Under the pieces are notes generated by a model. The model saw nothing but the letters and a program-made list of their open reading frames with translations. It was not told where the DNA came from and searched no databases. From NCBI GenBank assembly GCA_030447545.1, contig JAUJOV010000005.1, positions 3,308 through 67,307 on the forward strand: a stretch of DNA of 64,000 nt. The letters run 5' to 3'. A program made the position numbers and the translations under genes. The stretch is from Sphingomicrobium sp. (lineage in GTDB: Bacteria > Pseudomonadota > Alphaproteobacteria > Sphingomonadales > Sphingomonadaceae). Shown in pieces: positions 42,186 through 56,374 of the stretch. The number at the start of each line of letters is the position of its first letter. Positions within the stretch are counted from its first letter, which is position 1.

Positions 42186-42756
42186 CCCGAAGCGGGTCGC
42201 CGTCCTGATTTCCGGCCGCGGCAGCAACATGCGCGCACTCGTCGAACAAGCGCGCGGCTACGAGGTCATCCTCGTCGCGTCGAACAGGCCGGCTGCACCC
42301 GGTGTCGAGTGGGCCCGTGCGCGAGGGCTGCAGACCTGGACGATGGACAGCCGCGGCGTGTCTCGTGACGAGTTCGATCGCACGGTCAGCAGCGTCCTGA
42401 AAGACCACCGCATTGGGACAATCGCGCTTGCCGGCTACATGCGGATCCTCACCCCTGCGTTCGTCGAGGAGTGGAGCGGGCGGATCGTCAACATCCATCC
42501 ATCGCTGCTGCCCAAGTACCGCGGCCTCGACACCCACGCACGCGCGATTGCCGCGCGCGACACGACAAGCGGCTGCACCGTGCACCAGGTGACGCAAGAG
42601 CTCGATTCAGGCGAAATCCTCGGCTCGGCCGAAGTGACGATCGAGCCCGGCGACACGCCTGAAGCGCTGGAGCAGCGAGTCCGCGCGGCCGAGCACCAGC
42701 TCTACCCGCGGGTGCTCGCTCAGTTCGTCGCTAGCCGACGATCTCTTCTTCCCTGA
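42178..42756 (+). CDS. purN: Phosphoribosylglycinamide formyltransferase
   Basis: [46 protein letters not shown]. Confidence 0.97.
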   Translation: MPDPKRVAVLISGRGSNMRALVEQARGYEVILVASNRPAAPGVEWARARGLQTWTMDSRGVSRDEFDRTVSSVLKDHRIGTIALAGYMRILTPAFVEEWSGRIVNIHPSLLPKYRGLDTHARAIAARDTTSGCTVHQVTQELDSGEILGSAEVTIEPGDTPEALEQRVRAAEHQLYPRVLAQFVASRRSLLP

Positions 42757-43153
42757 AGAAGAAGTCGATCTCGATCCTCGCATTCTCGTCGCTGTCCGAG
42801 CCGTGGACCGAATTGGCTTCGATGGATTCGGCATAGGCCTTGCGGATCGTCCCCTCGGCGGCCTGGGCCGGGTTGGTCGCGCCCATCACGTCGCGGTTGC
42901 GCTGTACGGCGTTGTCGCCCTCGAGCACCTGAACCACCACCGGGCCTGACGTCATGAAGGCGACCAGGTCGTTGAAGAAGGGCCGTTCGCGGTGGACGCC
43001 GTAGAAGCCCTCGGCCTGCTCGCGAGTCATTCGGATGCGCTTGGAGGCGACGACTCGAAGTCCCGCTTCCTCGAGCATCTTGGTGACCGCGCCGGTGAGG
43101 TTGCGGCGGGTGGCGTCGGGCTTGATGATCGAAAAGGTGCGCGTGGCGGCCAT
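42731..43153 (-). CDS. ndk: Nucleoside diphosphate kinase
   Basis: [30 protein letters not shown]. Confidence 0.99.
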   Translation of the reverse strand: MAATRTFSIIKPDATRRNLTGAVTKMLEEAGLRVVASKRIRMTREQAEGFYGVHRERPFFNDLVAFMTSGPVVVQVLEGDNAVQRNRDVMGATNPAQAAEGTIRKAYAESIEANSVHGSDSDENARIEIDFFFREEEIVG

Positions 43154-43232
43154 GGCCGAGCGGTCTCCTGTTTACATGTCGGGGTTGGGATTTGCCGGAG
43201 CGCCTAGCGGCGCGTGGGCGTCGCGGCAAGCC

Positions 43233-43673
43233 TCAGGCCTGCTGCTTCCAGCGGCCGTCCTCGCCTTGCGCCCAATAGCGGCGCTCGACCCCTTCCCTGC
43301 CGGCCAGGAGCTTCCACGCCAGCCGGGCTCCTTCGAGCGTCGAGCTATCGAAGACGTAAAAGGCGCGATCGAAGCCCAGCGCTGCTTCGCGCCACTGCCC
43401 ATCGGCGATCAGGATGTTGCGCGCCAGGTTCGGGGCGTCGCTGCTGGTCGCAAGCAGGATCGGCTGGCGGGCATCGTCGCTGCCGCCGGCGAGCCCGTGC
43501 GGGATGAAGCTGGACGGCCCCTGGTCCCATAGCATCCGGTCGAGCCGCGCGAGCAGCCCCTCGTCCTCCGCGATGACCAGCAGGCGCGATCCCTCCGCCA
43601 GCAGCTTTTCGGCGAGGCTGGTGATCAGCTGCTCGAGTGGAGTGCCGCCGAGCTGGTAAAAATCGACCCGCAC
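43233..43673 (-). CDS. holC: DNA polymerase III chi subunit
   Basis: VDFYQL, LDRMLW....SFIPHG, QPILL, AR..WK; next to pepA. Confidence 0.93.
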   Translation of the reverse strand: MRVDFYQLGGTPLEQLITSLAEKLLAEGSRLLVIAEDEGLLARLDRMLWDQGPSSFIPHGLAGGSDDARQPILLATSSDAPNLARNILIADGQWREAALGFDRAFYVFDSSTLEGARLAWKLLAGREGVERRYWAQGEDGRWKQQA

Positions 43674-43694
43674 GGACGCGCTTCCCTGCCCGTA

Positions 43695-45173
43695 TCAAGC
43701 GGCCTTTTCGACCGCCGCCTCGACAAAGCGGTCGATCAAGCGCACGCCAAAGCCCGTCGCGCCCTTGTCGTAGGTCGTGTCCGCCTTGTCGGACCACACC
43801 ATTCCAGCGATGTCGAGGTGCGCCCAGCGCGTGCCGTTTTCGACGAAGCGCTTGATGAACTGAGCGGCAGTGATCGAGCCGCCTTCGCGCGGGCCAACGT
43901 TCTTCATGTCGGCGATGGGCGAATCGATCAGCTTGTCGAATGCCTCGTCGAGCGGCTGCCGCCAGAGCCTGTCGCCCGAGGCTGCGCTTGCGGCGAGCAA
44001 CTGGCCGGCGAGTTCGTCATCCGGAGCGAACAGGCCGCCGAACTCATGGCCCAGGCTGACGACGATCGCGCCGGTGAGCGTCGCGAGGTCGACGACGATC
44101 TTCGGACGGTAGTTGCGCTGGGCGTAGGTGATGGCGTCAGCCAGGACGAGCCGCCCTTCGGCGTCGGTGTTGATCACCTCGATCGTCTGGCCGGACATGC
44201 TTGTGACCACGTCGCCGGGCCGCTGGGCATTGCCGTCGGGCATGTTCTCGACCAGCCCGCAAATGGCGACCACGTTCGCTTTGGCCTTGCGCTTGGCGAT
44301 GGCCATCATCGCTCCGACCACCGCCGCGGCGCCGCCCATGTCCCACTTCATCGACTCCATGCCCTGCGCGGGCTTGATCGAGATTCCCCCGGTGTCGAAC
44401 GTCACCCCCTTGCCGACGAAGGCGACGGGGGCCTCCCCATCGCTTCCGCCGTTCCAGCGCATGACGAGCAGGCGCGGGTCGCGGACGGAGCCCTGGGCAA
44501 CGCCGAGGAGAGCGCCCATGCCGAGCCCGCGCATTGCCTTCCCGTCGAGCACCTCGAGCTCGATCCCGAGATCACGCATGCCCTGGCAGCGCTCGACGAA
44601 CGCCTCCGGGTAGATGATGTTGGCAGGCTCGGTGACCAGCTCGCGAGTGAAGCTGACGCCCTCGTAGACCGGTCTCCACCTCTGCTCCCAGCGCTCCTGC
44701 GCACCGGCAGCCGCGCCGATGATGGTCAGCTCGGCAAAGGTGGGCTTCTGCTTGTCGGTCAGCCGAGTCCGGTACCGGTCGTGGCGCCACGCCCTGAGCG
44801 CGGAAGCCAGCGCCACGCGGGCGCCCGCGTCGGCGTCGAAGCCCTGCCCGGTGAGATCCACCACCGCATGACTCTCGCCAGAGGTCAGGAGCCTCGCGGA
44901 GATCGTGCCGCCGAGCTTCTCGGCGGCGTCGGCCGGGCTGGAACCCTCCCCCGTGCCCACGACCAGCAGCCGGCGCACGCCGCCGCCGTCGGCGGGAATG
45001 AACAGCTCGGCGGAACTGGCCGACTCGCCTTCGAACCTTTGCCGGTTGAGCGCCGCGTCGACCGCGGGTCTCTGCGGGCCGAGCCCGTTGAGCGTCGCGC
45101 GGTTCTTGCCGGCGACAGCGAGAACAAGCGCAAACTCCCCAGCTGGGCGGCTGTCGGCAAAGCGAATCTGCAT
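43695..45173 (-). CDS. pepA: Leucyl aminopeptidase (M17)
   Basis: VGKGVTFDTGGISIK, MKWDMGG, NTDAEGRLVLAD, DLATLTGA, WAHLDIAG. Confidence 0.97.
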   Translation of the reverse strand: MQIRFADSRPAGEFALVLAVAGKNRATLNGLGPQRPAVDAALNRQRFEGESASSAELFIPADGGGVRRLLVVGTGEGSSPADAAEKLGGTISARLLTSGESHAVVDLTGQGFDADAGARVALASALRAWRHDRYRTRLTDKQKPTFAELTIIGAAAGAQERWEQRWRPVYEGVSFTRELVTEPANIIYPEAFVERCQGMRDLGIELEVLDGKAMRGLGMGALLGVAQGSVRDPRLLVMRWNGGSDGEAPVAFVGKGVTFDTGGISIKPAQGMESMKWDMGGAAAVVGAMMAIAKRKAKANVVAICGLVENMPDGNAQRPGDVVTSMSGQTIEVINTDAEGRLVLADAITYAQRNYRPKIVVDLATLTGAIVVSLGHEFGGLFAPDDELAGQLLAASAASGDRLWRQPLDEAFDKLIDSPIADMKNVGPREGGSITAAQFIKRFVENGTRWAHLDIAGMVWSDKADTTYDKGATGFGVRLIDRFVEAAVEKAA

Positions 45174-45259
45174 GTGGACGGCAATCCTGGAAGCTGGGCT
45201 GAAGGGTGTGCACCGGCCTTTAGGGCGATTGTGGACGCGCGGACAAGCTGCCACTAGGC

Positions 45260-47530
45260 TTGGGAAGGCAGGGACGGGTACGAGCGGCGGGACTGGGTTT
45301 GGTCAAGTCTTTACTTTGCTGTGCGGCGCTTCCGCTCGCGCTGATCCCCGGCGTGGCCGCTGCGCAGGCGCCCGAGCCCGACCCCCAGCCCGTGCCTTCA
45401 GCCATCGTCGAGCCAGGCGAGCAGGTCGAATTCAGCGCCGACCAGGTGACCTACGACAGCGAGGGCGAGGTGATCACTGCCTCGGGCTCGGTCCGCATGG
45501 AGAACGCGGGCAATTACCTCGCTGCCGACCGAGTGGTCTGGAACCGCCGGACCGGCGAGGTGGTCGCGCAGGGCAATGTGGTCGTGCTCAACCCGCAGGG
45601 CGACCGCTTCGTGGGCGACAGCATCGTCCTCACCGACGCGCTTCGCGACGGAACTGTCCAGAACCTGCTCGTAGTGCTCGAAACCGGCGGCCGCATCGCA
45701 GCGACCAGCGGGCGGCGGGTCGGCGACCTGACGATTCTCGAGAATGCGGTTTATTCGCCCTGCCCGGTCACGACCGAGACCGGCTGCCCGCGAAATCCCA
45801 GCTGGTCGATCACCGCCGCGCAGGTCGTCTACGATCCACTCGCCCAGCAGGCGCGCTTCCAGGGCGCCCGGATGCGGATCTTCGGGGTGACCCTGCCGAT
45901 CCTTCCGATCTTCAGCCTCGGCACTGGCGGGGAGGCCGGCGGCATCACCGGCTGGCTGGTTCCGGACATAAGCATTTCGCCCAGGAAGGGGCTCAAGCTC
46001 GCGCTTCCCTATTACAAGCGCTTCTCGCCCAACCGCGATCTCACCATCACTCCGCATGTCTATACAGGAGTGCTTCCGGCGCTCGAGACGCGCTACCGGG
46101 AGCTCAACCGCCTCGGCGCGTTCCAGCTCGGCGGGTTCCTGACCTACGGCAACATCGAGCGGCTGACCGAGCTCGGCCAGGCCGAGGAAACCGAGCGCAA
46201 GGGCATCCGCGCCTATTTCGGCGGCAACGGCAAGGCCCAGCTCAACCCGCTGTGGAGCATCACGAGCTCGATCCGGGTCGCGAGCGACAAGACGGTGACT
46301 CGCCGTTACGACATCACCGAGGACGACCGGCTGCGAAGCCTGGTCGAAGCCGAGCGGATCAGCCCCGACAGCTATGTGTCGATCGCCGGCTGGGCGTTCC
46401 AGGGCCTTCGCGTCAACGACGTCCAGAGGCGCATCCCGATCGCCCTTCCGGCGATCGACGCCCGGTTCCTGCTCGAGCCCCCGGTGGTCGGCGGCTCGCT
46501 CGAGCTTCAGGGCAATAGCCTTTCGATCCTCAGGCTCCAGGGGCAGGACACGCAGCGCGCCTTTGCCAGTGCACGGTGGGACCTTCGGCGCCTCACGCGC
46601 TGGGGGCAGGAACTGATCCTGACCGGCTACGGGCGCGCGGACACCTATCATACCGACACCTCCGACAGCCGCGAGGCACCGCTCTACCGAGGCGAGGACG
46701 GTTGGCACTTCCGCGGCATCGGCGCGCTCGCGGCGGACGCGAAATGGCCGCTGATCGGGCCGCTGTTCGGCGGCGTGCAGCGGCTCGTCCCGCGGGTCCA
46801 GCTGGTGGTGACTCCGCCCACGCCGAACCTCGACATCCCCAACGAGGACGCGCGCTCGGTCGACCTCGAGGACAGCAATTTGTTCGCGCTCAACCGCTTC
46901 CCCGGTTACGATCGTTGGGAGGACGGATCGCGGATCACCTACGGCCTCGACTGGGCGCTAGACCGGCCGCACCTGTCGGTGCTGACCACGATCGGCCAGA
47001 GCTACCGGATCTCGCGCAAGCGCGACATCTTCCCGGAAGGCACGGGGCTCGCCGACCGGCTGTCGGACTTCGTGGGCCGCACTCGTGTGCGCTACGGCCG
47101 GCTGGTCGACGTGACCCACCGTTTCCGCATCGACAAGGACGATTTCGCTTTCCGGCGCAACGAGCTCGACCTCACCCTCGGGGGCGAGGAGACCTATGTG
47201 CAGATCGGCTATCTGCTGCTCAACCGCGACGTCGACGAAGCCTTCGAGGACCTGCGCGACAAGGAAGAGCTTCGGGCTGCCGGGCGAATCAAGTTCCTGC
47301 GCAACTGGGCGCTGTTCGGAGCCACGGTGCTCGACCTCACCGGCAAGGAGGAGGATCCGCTTTCGGCCCGCGACGGGTTCGAGCCGGTCCGCCACCGCCT
47401 CGGCCTCGATTATGAGGACGAATGCATCCTGCTTGGAGTCTCGTGGCGCAGGGACTATGAACGCATCGGCGGGTTCCGCGAAGGAAGCACCTTCTCGTTC
47501 CGACTGTCGCTCAAGGGGCTCGGCCGCTAA
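45260..47530 (+). CDS. lptD: LPS assembly outer-membrane protein LptD
   Basis: Signal peptide, beta-jellyroll (FSADQVTYD), YSPC..C...PSW, IPNEDARS, LFALNRFPGYDRWE, YEDEC; upstream of surA. Start uncertain. Confidence 0.93.
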   Translation: MGRQGRVRAAGLGLVKSLLCCAALPLALIPGVAAAQAPEPDPQPVPSAIVEPGEQVEFSADQVTYDSEGEVITASGSVRMENAGNYLAADRVVWNRRTGEVVAQGNVVVLNPQGDRFVGDSIVLTDALRDGTVQNLLVVLETGGRIAATSGRRVGDLTILENAVYSPCPVTTETGCPRNPSWSITAAQVVYDPLAQQARFQGARMRIFGVTLPILPIFSLGTGGEAGGITGWLVPDISISPRKGLKLALPYYKRFSPNRDLTITPHVYTGVLPALETRYRELNRLGAFQLGGFLTYGNIERLTELGQAEETERKGIRAYFGGNGKAQLNPLWSITSSIRVASDKTVTRRYDITEDDRLRSLVEAERISPDSYVSIAGWAFQGLRVNDVQRRIPIALPAIDARFLLEPPVVGGSLELQGNSLSILRLQGQDTQRAFASARWDLRRLTRWGQELILTGYGRADTYHTDTSDSREAPLYRGEDGWHFRGIGALAADAKWPLIGPLFGGVQRLVPRVQLVVTPPTPNLDIPNEDARSVDLEDSNLFALNRFPGYDRWEDGSRITYGLDWALDRPHLSVLTTIGQSYRISRKRDIFPEGTGLADRLSDFVGRTRVRYGRLVDVTHRFRIDKDDFAFRRNELDLTLGGEETYVQIGYLLLNRDVDEAFEDLRDKEELRAAGRIKFLRNWALFGATVLDLTGKEEDPLSARDGFEPVRHRLGLDYEDECILLGVSWRRDYERIGGFREGSTFSFRLSLKGLGR

Positions 47531-47572
47531 GCCTGCGTTCAGCGGGGCTGGATAAAGGCACACCCAATCATT

Positions 47573-48967
47573 TTGCTCGCAATCAAGGGGTTTTTGCACG
47601 TGGCAGCAGCTTCTGAACTCTTCCCGGGACGCGTCCGATACGCGGCGGCAGCGATTGCGCTGGCGCTCGCAACCGCGGCTGCAGCGCAGACTGCGACAGA
47701 CCAGGCGCAGGCTCCCGAGCAGGGCAGCGCAAGCGCTCTCAAGCTCCCGGAAAACCCGCAGCTGTTCGGCACTGCGATGCCGTCGGTCGTCAAGGCCACT
47801 GCGATGGTCAACGGCGAAGTCATCACCCAGACCGACGTCGAGCAGCGCCTGGCGCTGCTGGCGGTGGCGAACGAAGGCAAGCTGGCGGCCGACCAGATGG
47901 ACCAGCTTCGCCAGCAGGTGCTTCGCAACCTAATCGACGAGGCGCTCCAGATCCAGGCGGCAAAGGCATCCGAGATCTCGGTCACCGAAAAGGACATCGA
48001 CCGCACCCTTCAGCGCGTCGCGGGCAATGCCAAGATGACGCCGGAGCAGATGGCGGAATATCTCAAGGAGAATGGCTCGTCGATCCGCTCGATCCGGCGC
48101 CAGATCCACGGCGAGATCGCCTGGCGCAGGCTGCAGCAGGCGAAGATCGAAAGTTCGGTCAGCGTCGGCGACGAGGAAGTGAAGGACGTCCTCCAGCGGC
48201 TCAATGCGGCCAAGGGAACGGAAGAATATCGAGTTGGCGAAATCTTCATTGCGGCGACCAGCGCGACCATGCCGCAGGCGACCGCCAACGCGAACAAGGT
48301 GCTCGAGGCGCTTCGCGGTGGAGGATCCTTTGCCGGCTACGCGCGCCAGTTCTCGGAAGCCTCGACGGCGGCCGTGGGCGGCGACCTCGGCTGGGTGCGT
48401 CCGGAGCAGCTTCCCACGCCGATCGCGGCGGCGCTGCGCAACATGGCTCCGGGCGAGGTGAGCAAGCCGATTGCCGTTCCCGGAGGTCTTTCGATCATTG
48501 CCGTGCAGGATACGCGCAAGATTTTGACCGCCGATCCGCGCAACGCGGTTCTCAGCCTGAAGCAGGTGTCGATCACCTTCCCGAAGGGGACCACTCGCGA
48601 GGCCGCCGAAGCGCAGGTCACGAGGTTCGCCGACGCTGCGCGCAACGTCGGCGGCTGCGGCGGCGCGGACAAGATCGCTGCCGATTTCAACGGCGAGATG
48701 GTGCAGAGCGACAGCATCCGGCTGCGCGAGCTTCCGCTGGCGCTGCAGGAAATCATGCTGCCGATGCAGGTCGGGCAGGCGACTCGCCCGTTCGGCTCGA
48801 TCGAGGAGGGCGTTCGAATCCTCGTGATCTGCGGCCGCGACGAGGCGGACCCGACTGCGCCGACCTTCGAGCAGGTCTTCGACCAGCTGAGCGAGGAGCG
48901 GGTCAATCTGCGCGCCCGGCGCTATCTTCGCGATCTTCGCCGCGATGCGGTGATTGAATATCGCTAG
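47573..48967 (+). CDS. surA: SurA-like periplasmic chaperone/PPIase
   Basis: AMVNGEVITQTD, LIDEALQIQAA, F...ARQFS....A..GGDLGW, YLRDLRRDAVIEYR. Start uncertain. Confidence 0.9.
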   Translation: MLAIKGFLHVAAASELFPGRVRYAAAAIALALATAAAAQTATDQAQAPEQGSASALKLPENPQLFGTAMPSVVKATAMVNGEVITQTDVEQRLALLAVANEGKLAADQMDQLRQQVLRNLIDEALQIQAAKASEISVTEKDIDRTLQRVAGNAKMTPEQMAEYLKENGSSIRSIRRQIHGEIAWRRLQQAKIESSVSVGDEEVKDVLQRLNAAKGTEEYRVGEIFIAATSATMPQATANANKVLEALRGGGSFAGYARQFSEASTAAVGGDLGWVRPEQLPTPIAAALRNMAPGEVSKPIAVPGGLSIIAVQDTRKILTADPRNAVLSLKQVSITFPKGTTREAAEAQVTRFADAARNVGGCGGADKIAADFNGEMVQSDSIRLRELPLALQEIMLPMQVGQATRPFGSIEEGVRILVICGRDEADPTAPTFEQVFDQLSEERVNLRARRYLRDLRRDAVIEYR

Positions 48968-48993
48968 GGCCTGAATTTCGATAAGCGCGGCCG

Positions 48994-49998
48994 ATGGCGC
49001 GCTCCCCCTCCCGCCCCCTGGCGGTTTCGCTCGGCGACCCGGCGGGGATCGGCCCGGAGGTGGTGGCCAAGTGCTGGGACAACCGCTCGGGATGCGATCT
49101 GCCGGTGTTCGTCGCGATCGGCGACCCGCGATCGCTCGCGCACGTCTGGGACGGTCCGGTTGAGCTGATCGAGGACCCCCGGCAGGCGGACTGCGTCTTC
49201 GACCATGCGCTTCCGCTCCTGCAGATCGCCGCGACGGACTGCGACCTTCCCGGCCGCCCGACCGTGACCGGTGCGCACTGCTCGCTCGACGCGCTCGAGA
49301 TTGCGGTGGGGCTTTCCAGGTCGGGCTCGGCGGCCGGAACCGTGACGGGACCCGTGTCGAAGGAGCAACTGTACTCGATCGGTTTCGTGCATCCCGGTCA
49401 GACGGAGTTCGTGGCCGAGCGCTGCGGCGTTTCTCGCGGCAATGTCGCAATGATGCTCGTCGGGCCGACGTTGCGGACGGTCCCCGTGACGACCCATGTG
49501 CCCGTCGCGGATGTTCCTGCAAGCCTCTCGGCAGCGCTGATCGAAGCGCGCGGCCGCACGGCCCTGCGGGGACTGCAGCGCAATTTCGGGATTCCCGAGC
49601 CGACGCTCGCCGTCTCCGGCCTGAATCCTCACGCCGGCGAAGGCGGGATGCTCGGCCGCGAGGAGATCGAGCTGATCGAGCCGGCGATCGCCGCGCTTCG
49701 CGCCGAGGGGTGGCGAGTGACCGGCCCGCACCCCGCCGACACGATGTTCCATGCAGCGGCCCGCGCCCGCTACGACGCAGCGCTTTGCATGTACCACGAC
49801 CAGGCGCTCATCCCGCTGAAGGCGCTTCACTTCGAGGAAGGCGTCAACGTCACCCTCGGCCTGCCGATCGTCCGTACGGCGCCCGATCACGGTACCGCGT
49901 TCGACATCGCCGGCCAGGACCGCGCAGATCCCAGACCCATGGCCGCAGCGATCCAGATGGCCGCGTTCTGCGCAGCCAATCGCGAGCTCGTCGAATGA
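48994..49998 (+). CDS. pdxA: 4-hydroxythreonine-4-phosphate dehydrogenase
   Basis: GDPAGIGPE, GLNPHAGEGG, PADTMF, MYHDQALIP.K, TLGLPIVRTAPDHGTAFDIAG. Confidence 0.97.
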   Translation: MARSPSRPLAVSLGDPAGIGPEVVAKCWDNRSGCDLPVFVAIGDPRSLAHVWDGPVELIEDPRQADCVFDHALPLLQIAATDCDLPGRPTVTGAHCSLDALEIAVGLSRSGSAAGTVTGPVSKEQLYSIGFVHPGQTEFVAERCGVSRGNVAMMLVGPTLRTVPVTTHVPVADVPASLSAALIEARGRTALRGLQRNFGIPEPTLAVSGLNPHAGEGGMLGREEIELIEPAIAALRAEGWRVTGPHPADTMFHAAARARYDAALCMYHDQALIPLKALHFEEGVNVTLGLPIVRTAPDHGTAFDIAGQDRADPRPMAAAIQMAAFCAANRELVE

Positions 49999-50822
49999 CC
50001 CCGGAGCCCGAACCGCTGCGCAACGTGATTGCGCGGCACGGGCTCCAGGCAAGCAAGTCGCTTGGCCAGAACTTCATCCTCGACCGCCAGCTGCTCGCGC
50101 GCATCGCGGCCGTCCCGGGGGCGCTCGAGGGTCAGACGGTCTACGAGGTCGGGCCGGGGCCGGGCGGCCTCACCCGAGCGCTGCTCGATTCAGGCGCAAG
50201 CGTTGTCGCGGTCGAGCGGGATCGAAGGTGCATGCCGGCCCTTGCGGAGCTCGAGGGGGAGCATGCCGGGCGGCTGCAGATCATCGACGCCGATGCGCTC
50301 ACCATCGATGAGCGCGAGCAGGTCGGCCAGGGCGCGCACATCGTCTCCAACCTGCCCTACAACATCGGCACCGCGCTTCTGCTGCGCTGGCTGACCGTCG
50401 AGTGGCCGCCCTGGTGGCGCTCCATGACCCTGATGTTCCAGCGCGAGGTCGCCGAGCGAATCGTCGCCGAGCCTGGAAGCAGGGATTACGGGCGGCTGTC
50501 GGTCCTCGCGCAGTGGCGCTCGAGCGCACGAACCGTGATGAACGTGCATCGCTCGGCCTTCGTCCCGCCGCCCAGGGTGCTCTCGGCAGTCGTCCACATC
50601 GTGCCGACCAACATGCCCGAGGGCGTCGAGCCGCGCGTGCTCGAGCGGCTGACCGAGGCCGCGTTCGGTCAAAGACGCAAGATGCTTCGCTCGAGCCTCA
50701 AGGCCTTGCCCGGCGCGCTCGACGCTTTGGCCAGTCTCGGGGTCGATGCCGAGCGGCGCGCGGAAACCGTCACTGTTCCGGACTTCGTTGCGATTGCGCG
50801 CGAGCTTGGCGCGCGCGACTGA
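49995..50822 (+). CDS. rsmA: 16S rRNA adenine dimethyltransferase
   Basis: KSLGQNFI, EVGPGPGGLT, SNLPYNI, MFQREVAERI, YGRLSV, FGQRRKMLR. Confidence 0.98.
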   Translation: MTPEPEPLRNVIARHGLQASKSLGQNFILDRQLLARIAAVPGALEGQTVYEVGPGPGGLTRALLDSGASVVAVERDRRCMPALAELEGEHAGRLQIIDADALTIDEREQVGQGAHIVSNLPYNIGTALLLRWLTVEWPPWWRSMTLMFQREVAERIVAEPGSRDYGRLSVLAQWRSSARTVMNVHRSAFVPPPRVLSAVVHIVPTNMPEGVEPRVLERLTEAAFGQRRKMLRSSLKALPGALDALASLGVDAERRAETVTVPDFVAIARELGARD

Positions 50823-51326
50823 TCAGTTCGACTTCGGCACTGCAGCAGGCCTCGAGGCCGCCACCACCGTCGGGCCGCGGCTGATCGCCGCCGTCAGTTC
50901 CGTCAGCGGCGCGCAGCCGCGCGGGCACAGCTGCTGGAGCCTGGCGAGGTTCTCGCGCGCCCGGGCGCCTGCACCGAGCTCGACCATCGCCTGCCCCTGG
51001 AGCGCGATCGCCTGCGCGTCATTGGGCTCGAGCGCCAGGGCCTTGCGCGTGTAGCGGATGGCCTGCCCGAAGAGCTTTTCCCTCAGCGCGACGCGGGACA
51101 GCGCGATGTAGGCTGCACGGTTGCGCGGGTCGACCGCAAGTGCTGCTTCGAGCGCCTCGTCGGCGGCGACGAACCGGCCCGCGGCAAGATGCGCCTCGCC
51201 TTGCCGAAGCAGATCGACCGAGCGCGGCGCGATCTGGTCGTCGGGCCTCTGGCCGACAACCGGAGTGGCGAGCAGTGCCGCGGCAACACCTGCGACGACG
51301 AAGGGAGGCAACAAACGCATTCTCAT
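50823..51326 (-). CDS. Secreted TPR protein
   Basis: Signal peptide; TPR motifs ALAVDPRN, ALALEPND; C-terminal CPRGC. Confidence 0.82.
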   Translation of the reverse strand: MRMRLLPPFVVAGVAAALLATPVVGQRPDDQIAPRSVDLLRQGEAHLAAGRFVAADEALEAALAVDPRNRAAYIALSRVALREKLFGQAIRYTRKALALEPNDAQAIALQGQAMVELGAGARARENLARLQQLCPRGCAPLTELTAAISRGPTVVAASRPAAVPKSN

Positions 51327-51345
51327 CTCCTCGGCCGCGCGGTTT

Positions 51346-54494
<3,149 letters not shown>

Positions 54495-54498
<4 letters not shown>

Positions 54499-55301
54499 GC
54501 CTCCCCCGCTCTGACCAGCAGGCGCCGCGCGGCCTCGACGTGCATGCGCTCGATCATTTCGTCCCTGAACCGTTCGGCGCCCCCGCCGAACCTCTCCACC
54601 AGCTGCCGAGCGCGCTCGACCTCCTCGGCGGCCGGAGCGAAGGCGCGGTTGCATGGCTCGATCTGGTCGGGGTGGATCAGGCTCTTGCCGTCGAAGCCCA
54701 GCCGCCTCCCCTCCTCGCATTCGGCAGCGAGGCCCTCGAGGTCCGTAAACCGGTTGAACACGCCATCGAACACCGGGATGTCCGCGGCGCGCGCCGCCAG
54801 CACGATCATCTGCAGCGCCGTCTGAAGCGCGGCCCGTCCGCCCGTGGCCGGCAAGCGCAGATCGGCAGAAAGGTCGTTCGTGCCGGCGATCAGCGCCGCC
54901 GATTCCTTGGCGATCTCAGCCGCCGCGAGCACGCCCACGGCGGTTTCGATCATCGTCAGCAGCGGCTTGGCGATCGCCTCGCGCACCTCGCGCACCAGGT
55001 GCGCCGAAGCCGCTCTGGGCAGAACGGCGAACGCGCAGCGCGACCGCGCGACCGCGTCGATGTCGAGCGAATGCCATTCGCTGCCCGATCCGTTGATCCG
55101 GATCGCTACGGGCATCGGCCAGTCGTCACCGACAGCCTCGGCGGCCGCGTCACGCGCGGCGTCCTTGTCGGCCGGCTTCACTGCATCCTCAAGGTCGAGG
55201 ATCACCAGGTCCGCCGCGCTTGCCCGCGCTCGCTCGATCGCGCGCGGGTTGGACGCGGGCAGGAACAGCGCCGATCGCACCGCAAACAGGTCGGAACTCA
55301 C
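54495..55301 (-). CDS. CitE/HpcH-family CoA ester lyase
   Basis: RSALFLPASN, ILDLEDAV, MIETA.G, GTNDL, GFDGKSLIHPDQI. Confidence 0.92.
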
Positions 55302-55369
55302 CTCGATTTTCCTTTCGTTCCCATGTCTCTCAACGCATGATGAGCCGACAGTTTCGGTCGGAGAAAGAG

Positions 55370-56374
55370 ATGCTCACGACATTCATGACCGCGGTCGCGG
55401 TCCTCGCGCTTCTTTACGTGATGATGGCCGTGAAGATCGTCCATCAGGGCTATCGCTACACGGTGGAGCATTTCGGCCGCTTTGTGCGCGTTGCGCAGCC
55501 CGGCTTCAACTTCGTGCCGCCCTTCTTCTACCGCGTCGGGCACAAGATCAACATGATGGAGCAGGTGCTCGACATCCCGGGTCAGGAGATCATCACCAAG
55601 GACAATGCGATGGTCGCGGTCGACGGAGTGGTCTTCTTCCAGGTCCTCGACGCTGCGAAGGCTGCCTATGAGGTCAGCGAGCTTTATCCCTCGCTGCTCG
55701 CGCTGGCGACGACCAACCTTCGCACGGTGATGGGCTCGATGGACCTCGACGAGACCCTGTCGAAGCGCGACGAGATCAACGCCCGGCTCCTCGTAGTCGT
55801 CGACCAGGCGACCGAAGCCTGGGGCGTGAAGATCACCCGCGTCGAAATCAAGGACATCCGTCCGCCGCGGGACATCGTCGACGCGATGACCCGGCAGATG
55901 AAGGCCGAGCGCGAAAAACGCGCCGCGATCCTCGAGAGCGAAGGCATGCGCCAATCGGAGATCCTGCGCGCCGAAGGCGAGAAGCCGGCCAAGATCCTGC
56001 AGGCCGAGGGTCTGAGGGAAGCCGCCTTCCGCGAGGCGGAGGCGCGCGAACGCGCTGCCCAGGCGGAAGCGACCGCGACCAAGTCGGTCAGCGAGGCCAT
56101 CGAAAGCGGAAGCGGCCAGGCGATCAACTATTTCGTCGCCCAGAAATATGTCGAGGCGCTCGGCAAGTTCGCCACTTCGCCCAACGCCAAGACGATATTG
56201 TTCCCGGTGGAAGCGACCCAGCTGATGGGGACGCTCGGCGGCATCGGCGAGCTTGCCCGGGATGTCTTCGGCGGCGATTCCCCGCCGGCGCCGCAAGGCA
56301 AGCCCAAGCGGGAGGCGGTCGCTTCGCGCGGCGCTCCTCCAGGGATTTCGGGCGTGCCGAGGATCGAAGGGTGA
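55370..56374 (+). CDS. SPFH/band-7 (stomatin-like, QmcA/YbbK-type) protein
   Basis: N-terminal TM, QEIITKDNA, TTNLRTVMGSMDLDE.LS.R, WGVKITRVEIKDI, QMKAEREKRA. Confidence 0.95.
   Translation: MLTTFMTAVAVLALLYVMMAVKIVHQGYRYTVEHFGRFVRVAQPGFNFVPPFFYRVGHKINMMEQVLDIPGQEIITKDNAMVAVDGVVFFQVLDAAKAAYEVSELYPSLLALATTNLRTVMGSMDLDETLSKRDEINARLLVVVDQATEAWGVKITRVEIKDIRPPRDIVDAMTRQMKAEREKRAAILESEGMRQSEILRAEGEKPAKILQAEGLREAAFREAEARERAAQAEATATKSVSEAIESGSGQAINYFVAQKYVEALGKFATSPNAKTILFPVEATQLMGTLGGIGELARDVFGGDSPPAPQGKPKREAVASRGAPPGISGVPRIEG

Noticed and set aside
45173-45260. Missing lptF/lptG between pepA and lptD
   Set aside because: Both flanking genes look intact and relocation is a mundane explanation; nothing at the junction suggests a recent event.
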